Source: Leptospirales bacterium (GTDB lineage Bacteria > Spirochaetota > Leptospiria > Turneriellales > JAOUFE01). Taken from it: a stretch of 64,000 bases of DNA. Shown here piece after piece: positions 40,552 to 51,236 of the stretch. A program made the position numbers and the translations under genes. The stretch is from contig JBEQLE010000007.1 of assembly GCA_040326155.1 (NCBI GenBank), positions 1-64,000 of the forward strand. Direction: 5' to 3'. Under the pieces are notes generated by a model. That model was given only the letters and a program-made list of their open reading frames with translations, was not told the DNA's origin and searched no databases. Position 1 is the stretch's first letter; every line of letters begins with the position of its first letter.

Positions 40552-41475
40552 ATGATAAAAAGTGTACTGATAACAGGCGCGAACGCAGGGTTGGGTAAAG
40601 AGTGTGCAAGACAGATGGCGCTCTTGCCGACAACGCAACGCGTATACCTTGCGTGTAGAAATGAGACAAAGGCAAAAGAGGCTAAAGCATCGCTCGAAGA
40701 ATCTACCGGAAGATCAATCTTCGAAATTATTATTCTGGATACTTCAGACCTGAGTTCAGTCAAGTCAGCGGTTCAATCGCTGAAAGAACCTGTAGACGGG
40801 CTGGTCTTGAACGCCGGTGGAATGGGTGGAAAAGAGTTCGCTAACCTGAGCAAAGAAGGAGTAATACACCAGGTAGCGGTGAATGTTCTCGGAAACGTGT
40901 TTCTACTGGAAGAAATACTAAAGACAAAAAAGCTTACAAAAGTAGCCATGTATGCCGGTTCGGAAGCTGCGAGAGGCGTATCGAAAATGGGTATGAAACA
41001 ACCAGATCTAAAAACATCCTCCGTAGAAGAGTTCATTTCTGTATGCAATGGTACTTTCTTTGGAGACAAAATTGACGGTATGGCTACCTATGGATATACA
41101 AAATATCTGGGCGCTTTGTATATGTCCTCGTTAGCACGCAAACACCCGAACATTCGCCTGGTCACGATGAGCCCCGGTGGAACCTCCGGTACGAATGTGA
41201 TGCAAGATGCGCCGACCGCCATGAAAATAATGCTAAAAGTGATGATGGCTTTGCGACTGACTACACTGCTTGGCTTATTCCACAAGCTTGAACTCGGGGC
41301 GAAAAGATATGTAAATGCATTGAATGACGACTCGTTTAAAAGCGGCATCTTTTATGGCAGCAAAAAACCCGTTCTGGTTGGTCCAGTAATTGACCAGGCA
41401 ACGATTTTTGAAGATTTAAACAACGCTGAATTCCAGGACAATGCGTACAAAGCGGTTCAAAGTTTTCTACCCTGA
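40552..41475 (+). CDS. Short-chain dehydrogenase/reductase
   Basis: TGANAGLG, LACRN, LNAG, YGYTK. Confidence 0.9.
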   Translation: MIKSVLITGANAGLGKECARQMALLPTTQRVYLACRNETKAKEAKASLEESTGRSIFEIIILDTSDLSSVKSAVQSLKEPVDGLVLNAGGMGGKEFANLSKEGVIHQVAVNVLGNVFLLEEILKTKKLTKVAMYAGSEAARGVSKMGMKQPDLKTSSVEEFISVCNGTFFGDKIDGMATYGYTKYLGALYMSSLARKHPNIRLVTMSPGGTSGTNVMQDAPTAMKIMLKVMMALRLTTLLGLFHKLELGAKRYVNALNDDSFKSGIFYGSKKPVLVGPVIDQATIFEDLNNAEFQDNAYKAVQSFLP

Positions 41476-41517
41476 TTTTTTTATCTGTCTTTTAAGGTAA
41501 AAACGTAACCATATTTG

Positions 41518-41551
41518 CCACAGCCATTTTTATCTTATAAAATGGCTGTGG
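41518..41551. terminator. Stem-loop after SDR gene
   Basis: CCACAGCCATTTT / AAAATGGCTGTGG 13-bp stem. Confidence 0.6.
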
Positions 41552-41672
41552 TGATTACGCCTAATCATAAAGAATTAGAGTAAACTTGCAAAATTGGGCC
41601 CTTATTCAACTCTTGCAGGTATTAAAATAATTGCCTTATTCGTGAATTATTATTGCCGCCTGAGCGCTTATT

Positions 41673-41691
41673 ACCTACTTTGCAGGTAGGT
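41673..41691. promoter_or_regulatory. Possible Rrf2 autoregulatory site
   Basis: ACCTAC-N7-GTAGGT immediately before the Rrf2 start codon. Confidence 0.4.
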
Positions 41692-41696
41692 TTTAT

Positions 41697-42098
41697 ATGA
41701 AACTAACTACAAAAAGCGAATACACTCTTCTTTTACTTTTAGAGCTTGCACGCAAAAAAAATGAAGTGTATGTAGACTTGCAGACACTTTGCAAAGAAAC
41801 GGAAGTACCGCATAAGTATGCGGAACATCTTTTTTCGGTTCTAAAAAAACAACATATCGTAAAAGGTAAAAGAGGCAGCAAAGGCGGATATTTACTGGCA
41901 AGACCTGCCGAAAAAATATCTTTAGCGGAAATTATTCGACTGATGGACGGAGCGCTTGCGGCTACGGATACGGTAAGCGATCATTTTTACTCTTTAACAC
42001 CCATCGCTAAAGAAAAAAAAGTTCTAAAAGTCTTTCGAGAAATTCGCGATTATGTTTCGAACAAACTCGAAAATATTACCATCGCCGATCTGGCATAA
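41697..42098 (+). CDS. Rrf2 family regulator (CymR-like, no Fe-S Cys cluster)
   Basis: MKLTTKSEY, RGSKGGYLLARP, ISLAEIIRLMDG. Confidence 0.9.
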   Translation: MKLTTKSEYTLLLLLELARKKNEVYVDLQTLCKETEVPHKYAEHLFSVLKKQHIVKGKRGSKGGYLLARPAEKISLAEIIRLMDGALAATDTVSDHFYSLTPIAKEKKVLKVFREIRDYVSNKLENITIADLA

Positions 42099-42126
42099 TA
42101 GACATTATAAATAATCAGGAATATAA

Positions 42127-42882
42127 ATGGAAATACTAATTGGTTTTTTTATAGCTCTGGCTATTACAATGACAGGCTCTGGGGCCGGCACAATTACAGC
42201 TCCTGTAATGATGATCTTTCTTGGGATTTCTCCTGAAATAGCCGTGGGTACAACTCTGCTTTTTTCTCTTCTGGTAAAAATACCAGTTGGTATATCATAC
42301 ACAATGAAAGGTCAGGTTGATAAGAAAATTTTATCGCATATGGCTACAGGAGGAATAGCGGGAGTAATTATTGGTTCATACCTGCTTAAGTCATTAACGA
42401 GTAACGAAGAGTTGAAGTCAGTTGTTCTCGGTGTTGTAGGTGTAATTGTCTTATTTTCGGCATCTCTGAACGTAATTTTTATGCTCAAAAATGGAAACGC
42501 GGTAAAGCTTGACGAAAGGCTGCAAAAACTTATTCCATTATTTACTTTTTTTATCGGCCTTGAAGTTGGCTTTTCTTCCGCAGGCGCCGGGGTTCTAGGA
42601 ACTCTTTTATTGATGTATACTACATCGCTTGTGCCGCGTCAAATTATTGGCACAGACATAATGTTTGGCCTTATACTCTCGGCTGTAGGCGGCGGCTTGT
42701 ACCTTGCTATGGGGAATGTAGATTTCTACCTATTGGGAAAACTCCTGGCCGGAGCCGTAATTGGTATTCCACTTGGACTTTACGGGGCATTAAAAATACC
42801 GGCAAAGCCCTTAAAAATCGGCTTGCTCGTTTGGATTTTCTTTATTGGAACCCAGCTTATTTACCACTCCCTTCGAACCTAG
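42127..42882 (+). CDS. TauE/SafE-family sulfite exporter
   Basis: TGSGAGTITAP, AVGT, GFSSAGAG, IIGTD; multi-TM. Confidence 0.85.
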   Translation: MEILIGFFIALAITMTGSGAGTITAPVMMIFLGISPEIAVGTTLLFSLLVKIPVGISYTMKGQVDKKILSHMATGGIAGVIIGSYLLKSLTSNEELKSVVLGVVGVIVLFSASLNVIFMLKNGNAVKLDERLQKLIPLFTFFIGLEVGFSSAGAGVLGTLLLMYTTSLVPRQIIGTDIMFGLILSAVGGGLYLAMGNVDFYLLGKLLAGAVIGIPLGLYGALKIPAKPLKIGLLVWIFFIGTQLIYHSLRT

Positions 42883-43976
42883 AAAAATTCTGTCTCGTTT
42901 ACATCAGATGAGTTATTTACAGTTACAGAATAAATGTCAACAACATTGGCTTTACCTTTTACGGACTTAATTTCAATTTCATGAAAGATAAAACCAGGGC
43001 CGGCCAGGTCCATCGTATTTTTATCAACCAAAATAGATGCATCCACTTCTTTTGTCATAGATTCCAGTCGGCTCGCAATATTTACTGTATCGCCAATTAC
43101 TGTATACTCTTTTCTTCGATAAGAACCAATATTACCCGCAAAAACTTTCCCGCTGGCTACGCCAACTCCAATTTCAATGTCCGAATCCAGGTAATCCGGC
43201 AACGCTTTATTGAATAGCGAAATCATCTTTTGTATTGCTATAGCACATTTTATACTATTTTCTGCATCTTTTGTAGAGGGGGTAGGAGCTCCGAATGTAG
43301 CCAAAATTGCATCCCCGATAATTTTATTTACCGACCCATGATTCGCAAAAATAATATCCATAATATCCGTAAACAGGCGATTTAACAGATTTGCCACAAG
43401 GTTCGGTTCCAGGTTTTCACTGATGGTGGTAAAACGTCTAATGTCCAAAAAAAGAACTGAAACGGGTAGAATTTCTCCGGTAAGCTGGTTTTGCATCCCT
43501 TTTTCAATGAGAGCGTCGGCCACATCTTCCGAAAAATATTGCAATAAAGTATTTCTATCTTTGAGTAATTTTTCATTCTCTTTTTTCAAAAGTTCTTTAT
43601 GTCGTTTCAAATCTAAATGTGTTTTTACCCGAATTAAAAGCTCCGCCGAATGCGCCGGCTTGACTAAATAATCCACAGCGCCAAGTTCAAACCCTTTTAC
43701 AATATCACTGGTTTGATCCTTCGCTGTTAGAAAAATAACTGGAATATCTTTGGTTGCCGTATCTGCCTTTAACCTTTTGCATGTCTCAAAACCGTCCATT
43801 TCTGGCATCATAATATCCAGTAAGATCAAATCTGGTTTTGATTTGTTTATTAAATTTAGAGCCTGTACGCCGTTATGTGCGATACTAATATTGAATTTTT
43901 CCTTTTCCAGGGCCTTCGCCAAAACCTGTATATTTTTTTTATTATCTTCTACTATTAAAATAGACGCATCATTCAT
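42879..43976 (-). CDS. Response regulator-adenylate cyclase
   Basis: REC plus VLFLDIRRFT, KIIGDAI, YTVIGDTVNIASRLE. Confidence 0.92.
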   Translation of the reverse strand: MNDASILIVEDNKKNIQVLAKALEKEKFNISIAHNGVQALNLINKSKPDLILLDIMMPEMDGFETCKRLKADTATKDIPVIFLTAKDQTSDIVKGFELGAVDYLVKPAHSAELLIRVKTHLDLKRHKELLKKENEKLLKDRNTLLQYFSEDVADALIEKGMQNQLTGEILPVSVLFLDIRRFTTISENLEPNLVANLLNRLFTDIMDIIFANHGSVNKIIGDAILATFGAPTPSTKDAENSIKCAIAIQKMISLFNKALPDYLDSDIEIGVGVASGKVFAGNIGSYRRKEYTVIGDTVNIASRLESMTKEVDASILVDKNTMDLAGPGFIFHEIEIKSVKGKANVVDIYSVTVNNSSDVNETEFF

Positions 43977-43988
43977 ATAAATTCCTTA

Positions 43989-45107
43989 TTATTTAGCTTT
44001 CTGCAAATATATTTTTATTTCTGTACCGTGATCTTCATTAGATTCATCTGTTTCATTGATTTCTGTCGAACTCACATCAAGGCTGCCCCCGTATAAGTTT
44101 ATAAATTGTTTCACCAGAGGCATTCCAAAGCCCGTACCTCTTTCTTTTTCAGTACCAGGTCTGGAAGTTTTTTTGGTGACATCAAATATATCAACTAGAA
44201 ATTCACTCGGCATTCCAATGCCATAGTCTTTAATGCTTATACATATTTGGCCAGAAGAGTTTTCAGGCTCATCAATCAATTCTTTTATTTCAATTTTCGA
44301 ATCAGGAAAACTAAATTTTACAGCGTTCGTGAGCAAGTTATTGACCACTGTGTTTATAAAAGAAGTTCGCTCAACTGAAACTGTCGTGTTTTCTGAAACA
44401 TTCATCTCTACCTTTATATTTTTCTTCTCTAATTTGAACTTAACAAGACCCAATGATACATGAAGCATATCCAATAACCCTTCGGAACTCATGGCGGGCT
44501 TGTATTTTTCTTCGTTAATGGCCATCATTTTTCTGGTAAGTTCGATGACTTCTAATCCATTATCTACTGCTTTTTCTATTAATGGTTTCATTGAATTTAT
44601 TGTACCAGGGTCATCATTATCCAAATCCAGGATCATTTTCACCTGTCCGACCGGATTTAATAAATCATGGCATAAAATATGTAATAAACTTTTGCGGTCT
44701 TCGCTTATTTTACGAATGGCATCGCGGTTATTTTTTATCTCAATATGCGTTTTAATTCGAGCTAACAATTCAACTTCTTGAAACGGCTTTGTAATATAAT
44801 CTTGAGCCCCAAGTTCAAAACCTTTGACAATATCTTCTGACTCGGTTTTAGCGGTTAAGAATATAATAGGCGTATCTACGGTATCCGGTCTTTTTCTAAT
44901 AATCGAACAAGCTTCATAGCCATCCATTACCGGCATCATAATATCAAGAAGTATTAAAATGGGAGATAGTTTATCGAGAAGTTTAATTGCTTCTTTTCCA
45001 TTTTTGGCGATTGCTATACTATATTCTTTTTTTTCAAGAATTGTTGCCAGAACCTGAATGTTTTTTGCATTATCATCGACAATTAATATACAAACATCTT
45101 TTTTCAT
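43989..45107 (-). CDS. REC-histidine kinase hybrid
   Basis: REC, HDLLNP H-box, NLLTNAVKFS, DYGIG, GTGFG. Confidence 0.9.
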   Translation of the reverse strand: MKKDVCILIVDDNAKNIQVLATILEKKEYSIAIAKNGKEAIKLLDKLSPILILLDIMMPVMDGYEACSIIRKRPDTVDTPIIFLTAKTESEDIVKGFELGAQDYITKPFQEVELLARIKTHIEIKNNRDAIRKISEDRKSLLHILCHDLLNPVGQVKMILDLDNDDPGTINSMKPLIEKAVDNGLEVIELTRKMMAINEEKYKPAMSSEGLLDMLHVSLGLVKFKLEKKNIKVEMNVSENTTVSVERTSFINTVVNNLLTNAVKFSFPDSKIEIKELIDEPENSSGQICISIKDYGIGMPSEFLVDIFDVTKKTSRPGTEKERGTGFGMPLVKQFINLYGGSLDVSSTEINETDESNEDHGTEIKIYLQKAK

Positions 45108-45109
45108 AA

Positions 45110-46156
45110 TTACTTTTCCCTGAATTCCTTCATTATTTTTTCAATGTCTTTTCTGTTTTCTAGAAACTTCTCAGCTAAATATGGATCAAAATGTTTACCG
45201 GCTTCATTGTGAATAAAGTCTAGAGCTTTATCAAAAGGCCACGGTTCCTTGTACGGTCTTTTTGAACATAAAGCGTCAAACACATCTGCAATAGCTACAA
45301 TTCGTCCTTCGAATGGAATATCTTCACCTTTCAATTGTCCGGGGTAACCGGTTCCATCCCATTTTTCATGATGTGTTAAAGCTATTTTTTCTGCCATCAC
45401 GATTAATTCAGAATCAATTCCGGAGAGTAGTCTGGCACCGATGGTAGTATGTGATTTCATCACTTCAAATTCTTCGGGTTCATATTTTCCCGGCTTTAAT
45501 AATATATGGTCGGGAATTCCAATTTTCCCGACATCATGCATCATACTTGCCGGAACAAGAATTTTTATTTCTTGTTCATTCATTTTTAGGCTATGCACAA
45601 TAAGTTGAGTATATTTTGATATTCGCGTCAGGTGTAATCCGGTTTCATTATCTCTGATCTCCGCAGCCAGTCCCAGGCGGTTTATAATCTCAAAATGAGA
45701 ATTTTCAAGTCTTTGCAATGTCATTTGCACTTCATTGGTTCTTTCTTGAACTTTCTGCTCCAGGTTGCTTCGATGATCTACTATTTCGAGATGAGTGGCA
45801 ACTCGTCTTAATAACTCTGCGGCCTGAAATGGTTTTGTTACATAATCTACAGCGCCAAGATCAAATCCTTTCACAATATCTTCAATATCAGTTTTTGCGG
45901 TCAAAAATAAAACAGGTATATCTTTTGTCTTATCAGAAGATTTTAAAATTTGACAAGTCTCAAACCCATCCATTCCCGGCATCATCACATCTAGTAATAT
46001 AATATGAGGTTGTGTCTTATCCACCATTTTTAACGCCGCTTCGCCCGATGTGGCCACGGCAATATCATACCCTTTTTCACCTAAAATAGTACCCAACACT
46101 TGAATGTTTTTTGGGTTATCATCTACGATTAAAATTTTTTGTGAGCTATCTGTCAT
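45110..46156 (-). CDS. REC-HD-GYP phosphodiesterase (RpfG-like)
   Basis: REC, RDNETGLH, HDVGKIGIPD, HHEKWDGTGYP. Confidence 0.93.
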   Translation of the reverse strand: MTDSSQKILIVDDNPKNIQVLGTILGEKGYDIAVATSGEAALKMVDKTQPHIILLDVMMPGMDGFETCQILKSSDKTKDIPVLFLTAKTDIEDIVKGFDLGAVDYVTKPFQAAELLRRVATHLEIVDHRSNLEQKVQERTNEVQMTLQRLENSHFEIINRLGLAAEIRDNETGLHLTRISKYTQLIVHSLKMNEQEIKILVPASMMHDVGKIGIPDHILLKPGKYEPEEFEVMKSHTTIGARLLSGIDSELIVMAEKIALTHHEKWDGTGYPGQLKGEDIPFEGRIVAIADVFDALCSKRPYKEPWPFDKALDFIHNEAGKHFDPYLAEKFLENRKDIEKIMKEFREK

Positions 46157-46720
46157 AATTTAACCAATCTCTGGGAAATATTAATTAACCGGGCTGGTTT
46201 GCAAGTAGTTTTTGGGTTTCCCTTCATCGTTCGGGGGGAGTTAGTTGCCCGTATTTCCTGTGTACATAAACAAAAATTCCTGCAAAAAGTAAAGCTGATA
46301 AATAGAGCTTGCATTGTACGTGAGTTTCTTCTTCGAGAACAATAAAGGGTACACAACGTCAGATAATAGCCCAAAATAGTATGTCGATCATATGACACTT
46401 CAGAATCAATGCAGGAACAATGAGAATTAAACCTAAAAATTATAAAGACAATCAATTTTCTTGTGACCTAACAAGAAGGGAATTAGGTCAGCGGTGGGTT
46501 ACGAACGTGTGGCGAAAGAAGTTTTGAAAGTACATTGGTCACTCCAGAGCGATGTTGTTTAGAAAATGAGGATGAACCATCGAAACATGCCTACAGGGAA
46601 TTGTTTTAAATCACATCAAACTATTTTAGTAAAGGGGTAGGATCTTTAGTGGCATCTTGAAAGTCTCATTACTAATCTATCTCAATCCGACTTTAATTTG
46701 TTTTCGTATGTAACTTCATT

Positions 46721-47065
46721 CTATTCTTTACTCATATCAATGACTATTCTGCCTTTGACTTTTGATAGTAATGAAAAAAACAGCTCCGTTCGATTTTACC
46801 GCGTCAATATTTCTCGTGCTACACAAACTTGTCACAATTGCACCTTTCGCTTTTAACATTTGAATATAAAAGCATTCCATAGGCAACACAACCGGCAATG
46901 ATCATGGCGACGACTTCTTGATGAGATAATTCCGTTGGCTTTAATCGGATGTGTTTCTTGTCTAAACATCGATACGTTGCCCATGACCCATGTTCACCTT
47001 TAGCAATAATAACCCCTGAAAAATTGGAACCCATAACAGAGGGCTTTTCTTTTGAAACCTGCTTG
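46721..47065 (-). pseudogene. Collapsed remnant of MDR-family NAD(P) oxidoreductase (copy A)
   Basis: Highly similar blocks to 49283-49930 with three internal deletions. Confidence 0.85.
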
Positions 47066-47210
47066 TTCGCTCTAATGTAATATAAAAAAAGGCCTCCGAG
47101 GTCTGGGGTTGACGTCTGAAGTTGTGTGCCAGTAAAATATGCAGCTAAATTATTATTCTATATATTTTTTTTGATTGCCAGCCGACAAGAGCATATTTTT
47201 TTGAATTAAC

Positions 47211-49121
47211 TTGAACGTAAAGATTAAGAAATATATTCTGCAAAAAAGAAAAGCAATTATACTTGTATCAATGAGTGCTGCTTCAGTCGCCCTGATACTT
47301 CTTGCTCCATTGGCTGGTTCTATAGATTATAACAAGCTAAATTCGACACGGGTATATAACACAAATCAACCCCAGGAAGTTACTTCATTAATGCATACTT
47401 TTCTGGATGAAAAAGGAAACTTACCCGTCGAAAAAGTTGTTATGCAATTACAGCATGAAAATTTTACCGCTATCTCACGCCCAGGATTTTCAAGCGGGCT
47501 TACCACAGGCGCCCGTTGGTTTACTTTTAAACTGTATAATGATAGTGCACAGTCTGTTTCAAAAATCATTGAGTACACTGAAGCCCGAGTTGGTTTAATT
47601 CAATTTTACGAATGGGACGTCGAATCTGGCTATAGCGGGGAACCTGCCCAAGTCTTTGATTTAACAAAACCCTCTATAATACGCCCCGTTCAGGGCATTC
47701 GACCCGGATTTTTATTGAACCTGGATAAAAAACAAACTAAGCAAATACTAATTCGTGTCAGATATAACTCTGAAGGTAAAATCAGCGGCCCCATATTTAC
47801 CTCATTTAGAATTTGGAAACCTGAAGCATATATGAATCGGCAATACGCTGAGACCATGATTCACGGCAGCGTTTCAGGAGCGATGATCTTGCTGGCAATC
47901 GTTTCATTTTTTATATTCATTATGAATCGAGATTTGGCCTTTCTATATTATGCGCTATATATGCCAAGCGTTGTTTTTACAATGAACATTGCCTCGGGCA
48001 TGTTTCATGCTCTCGTGACCCCCGCATCTTCTGATTTCGAATGGTTAAATGCCGGTGTAGGACTGGGTTATGTTTTAGCAGTTTTTTATGTTCGGGCATT
48101 TTTGCGATTAAAAAAGACAGAACCGATCGTGGATAAACTGTTACTTGCCCTCGCTGGTTCAGGGCTTATCGTAATAATCAGTGAATTTACCGGGTTCCAC
48201 GGAATCGCCTTTAAGGTTATGGAAATTACAGGATCTGCTTATATTCTGTTTATCATCGTTGGAATCAGGTCGGCCCTAAAAGATGTGACCGGGGCGGCTT
48301 TAATGGCGATCTCCTGGGCAATTTTTCAAACATCCATGGTGGTAACGTATCCACTTCGCGACATGGGAATAATTCAAGACAATGTATATTCATATTGGGC
48401 TGTCTTCGCCGGTCTATCTGTAGATATTGTGTTGCTGGGTTCTGCGATGGCAATGAGGTTACTTGAAATTCAGAAGGCCCGTCATATTGCAGAAAAAAAT
48501 AGCCAGTTTCTTGCCGAAAAGACTCTTAAATTACAAGAAGAAGAAAGAGGTCGTATTTCACGATTGCTACATGATGATATCGGTCAATCTCTTTCATCAT
48601 TAAAGTTTAAAATCGGCGGTCTACCTAAGAGAATACTGAAAGATTATAACTTAGTGGAACAAACTGATTTAATCAACACCATTATTCAAAGCACTCGTAA
48701 ATTATCTCATAGCCTGATACCTGCGTCATTACAGGCAGGCGGTCTTGAGGCTGCGCTCAGTGAATTGGTTCAAACGACCGATATGCCCGAAAGTCTGAAA
48801 ATTGAAATGGATATATCACTACTTAATGGCAGGTTTAATACTCAAGTGAATATAGAAATTTTCAGAATTATTCAAGAAGCTTTGTACAATACTATTCGAC
48901 ATTCTGATGCCAGTTTCTTCCGGTTGAGAGCGCAGGAAAAAAATAAAGAAATAACAATCACTATCGAAGATAACGGCAAAGGCTTTTCACAAAGTAGCTG
49001 GAGAACGCCAGGTTTAGGGCTACTACTTATAAAAGAACGAGCCCGTCTATTGGGAGCAAATATTTTTATAGAATCCGATTTAGGAGCGGGAGTCAAGATA
49101 ATTCTAAAAATATCAAATTAA
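47211..49121 (+). CDS. 7TM-DISM sensor histidine kinase (HisKA_3 type); start uncertain
   Basis: Periplasmic domain (RWFTFKLYN), about 7 TMs, EERGRISRLLHDDIGQSL, FRIIQEALYN..RHS, DNGKGF. Confidence 0.85.
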   Translation: MNVKIKKYILQKRKAIILVSMSAASVALILLAPLAGSIDYNKLNSTRVYNTNQPQEVTSLMHTFLDEKGNLPVEKVVMQLQHENFTAISRPGFSSGLTTGARWFTFKLYNDSAQSVSKIIEYTEARVGLIQFYEWDVESGYSGEPAQVFDLTKPSIIRPVQGIRPGFLLNLDKKQTKQILIRVRYNSEGKISGPIFTSFRIWKPEAYMNRQYAETMIHGSVSGAMILLAIVSFFIFIMNRDLAFLYYALYMPSVVFTMNIASGMFHALVTPASSDFEWLNAGVGLGYVLAVFYVRAFLRLKKTEPIVDKLLLALAGSGLIVIISEFTGFHGIAFKVMEITGSAYILFIIVGIRSALKDVTGAALMAISWAIFQTSMVVTYPLRDMGIIQDNVYSYWAVFAGLSVDIVLLGSAMAMRLLEIQKARHIAEKNSQFLAEKTLKLQEEERGRISRLLHDDIGQSLSSLKFKIGGLPKRILKDYNLVEQTDLINTIIQSTRKLSHSLIPASLQAGGLEAALSELVQTTDMPESLKIEMDISLLNGRFNTQVNIEIFRIIQEALYNTIRHSDASFFRLRAQEKNKEITITIEDNGKGFSQSSWRTPGLGLLLIKERARLLGANIFIESDLGAGVKIILKISN

Positions 49122-49282
49122 TATTCATTTTTCTTGGCACCAAGAAAACTTCATAGCGCCAGACTCAGTGCAAACCTCTCAAACAGTAAGCATTTCTAAA
49201 GGTAATAGAATCCAAATATCATAGAATTAAAAATAATCTGAAAGAGCTTTATTGAAATGTTATCTGTTTCGGATATCTAACA

Positions 49283-49978
49283 TTATTCAGAATATTCTTT
49301 ACTCATATCAATGACTATTCTGCCTGTGGCTTTATGCGCCGCAAGATGTTTCAGGGCATCTTTCAACTCTTCGAATTTCAATGGTATGACTCTATCAAAT
49401 GGAATTTTAATATCATGTTGAATGACGAAACTCAACATTTCATCAATGATCGTTGAAGGAGCCTTCTCGGAAAACTGATATGTTGGACCTTTTACTTTTG
49501 GTAGTCAATGATAAAATCAGCTCCGTTAGACTTTACCGCTGCCACATTTCTTGTGCTGCACAAACTTGTCACAATTGCGCCTTTCGCTTTTAACATTTGA
49601 ACAACTACACTGCCAATACCACCGGAGGCTCCGAGAACTAAACATTGATCACCTTTTTTGATTTCTGAATACAAGATCATTCCATAAGCAACGCAACCGG
49701 CAATGATCATGGCGACGACTTCTTGATGAGATAATTCCGTTGGCTTTAATCGGATGTGTTTCTTGTCTAAACATCTATACGTTGCCCATGACCCATGTTC
49801 ATCTGTTGTGCCTGGGATACCAATCACTTCATCGCCAATTTTAAATTCAGTAACCTTTTCGCCTTTTGCAATTATAACTCCTGAAAAATTGGAACCCATA
49901 ACATAAGCATTTTCTTTCGAAACCTGCTTGGGGCCATAGAATCTTCCAAGCGCTGTACCCTGAGCTAATGCAATATCA
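49283..49978 (-). pseudogene. MDR-family NAD(P)-dependent oxidoreductase pseudogene (copy B)
   Basis: Lacks N-terminus; GASGGIG motif; stop after DYQK, then C-terminal GPTYQF...KATGRIVIDM in another frame. Confidence 0.8.
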
Positions 49979-50428
49979 TCCACATGAAGTGTGGATGCCA
50001 ATGTAGTAAAAAAGCATCGAATATAAAATAACGGCTATCGTGAACATTCCGTATTGAAACGATAGGCCTTTACCCGCGATCGCTATTCCAAAGCTGCACA
50101 GCAAAGCCAAAGTCGTCAAGGCGATACCTCTTGCGGCCAATTTAATCGCTGGGTTCATCGGTGTCACCATTTGCGCTTGCATCACGTTTTGATTTTTATC
50201 GTATAACACCAACACGCCCGTGAACATAAAACCCATCATCACGGGATCCGAAAAAACGGTCAAAATGATCAAGTCATCATAGTGCAAGTTCAGTATATAA
50301 AATATCGCCGTATAGGTTCCCGCGATAAAAATACTCATTGTGACGATCGGGTAACGGGCGATCAGTATAAATTCCCATTTGATCGACGAGAGAAGGTTTT
50401 GCCAGTTTTGCAACACCAGGGTTTTCAT
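49976..50428 (-). pseudogene. Truncated fluoroquinolone-exporter-like ABC permease
   Basis: FSDPVMMGFMFTGVLVL, VTP motifs; ends at 150 aa where the oxidoreductase fragment begins. Confidence 0.65.
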
Positions 50429-51236
50429 AACAACGCCTGCCCGGTGGTTTCGATAAAAACCTGGTCTAAGCTGGCCTCTTCCGTATGTATGGTGCGAATA
50501 TCTTGTTTGTTTAATAGGTCTGCAAATTCTTTATTGTGACCGAGATCTTTCATGTCGAATTTTTTTACTTTTATTTTTTCACCAGAATTTAAATATTCGA
50601 CTTTAATCGTTTTTTTACCATAGCGCAGTTTGAGCTCTTGAGCTCTTGAGGTGAATCGATGAGTTTTATTTCTCCGTCGATCAAAAAAGCTACCTCGTCG
50701 CAAAGTTCGTCAGCATCAATCATGTTGTGCGTGGTCAAGAAAATCGTTTTGCCCCGAGATTTTAGATCTAGAATAATATCTTTGATGTTGCGCGCATTCG
50801 ATGGGTCAAGACCCGAAGTCGGTTCATCGAGGAATAGAACCTCTGAGTCGTGTAACAAAGCGCGAACAAAGTTTAGACGCATTTTCATGTCTTTGGAGTA
50901 CTCGGCGACTTTCCGATCTTTGTCTGCTGAAAGTCCGACCATATCTAGTAACTCGATACCTTTGTATTTTGGTTTTTCATACAAAGAAGAAAACAGTTCG
51001 AGGTTCTCCAGAGTGCTCAGTTTCATGTAGTGATTTGGCAACTCAAAAAAGACACCAATTTTGTTAAACACCTCCCTGCCCCATTGTTCGAGACTTTTGC
51101 CCAGCATCGAAACCGAACCGCTAAAGCCGTCTAAAATTTGCCGGGTAAGTATGGCCTGCGTCGTACTTTTCCCAGAGCCGCTTGGCCCCAGAAATCCAAA
51201 TATCTGTCCGACCCCCACAGAAAAATCAAAACCTTT
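50425..51236 (-). pseudogene. Frameshifted, 5'-truncated ABC ATPase
   Basis: GPSGSGKST, LDEPTSGLD; 8-bp duplication AGCTCTTG (50633-50648) shifts frame; signature YSKDMK; no N-terminus. Confidence 0.85.

Noticed and set aside
46153..46720. 100-aa ORF and neighbouring sequence upstream of the HD-GYP gene
   Set aside because: No recognisable product; likely non-coding or remnant DNA
46721..49978. DGR-like template/variable repeat pair from the duplicated oxidoreductase sequence
   Set aside because: Differences are deletions and mixed substitutions, not adenine-specific; no reverse transcriptase
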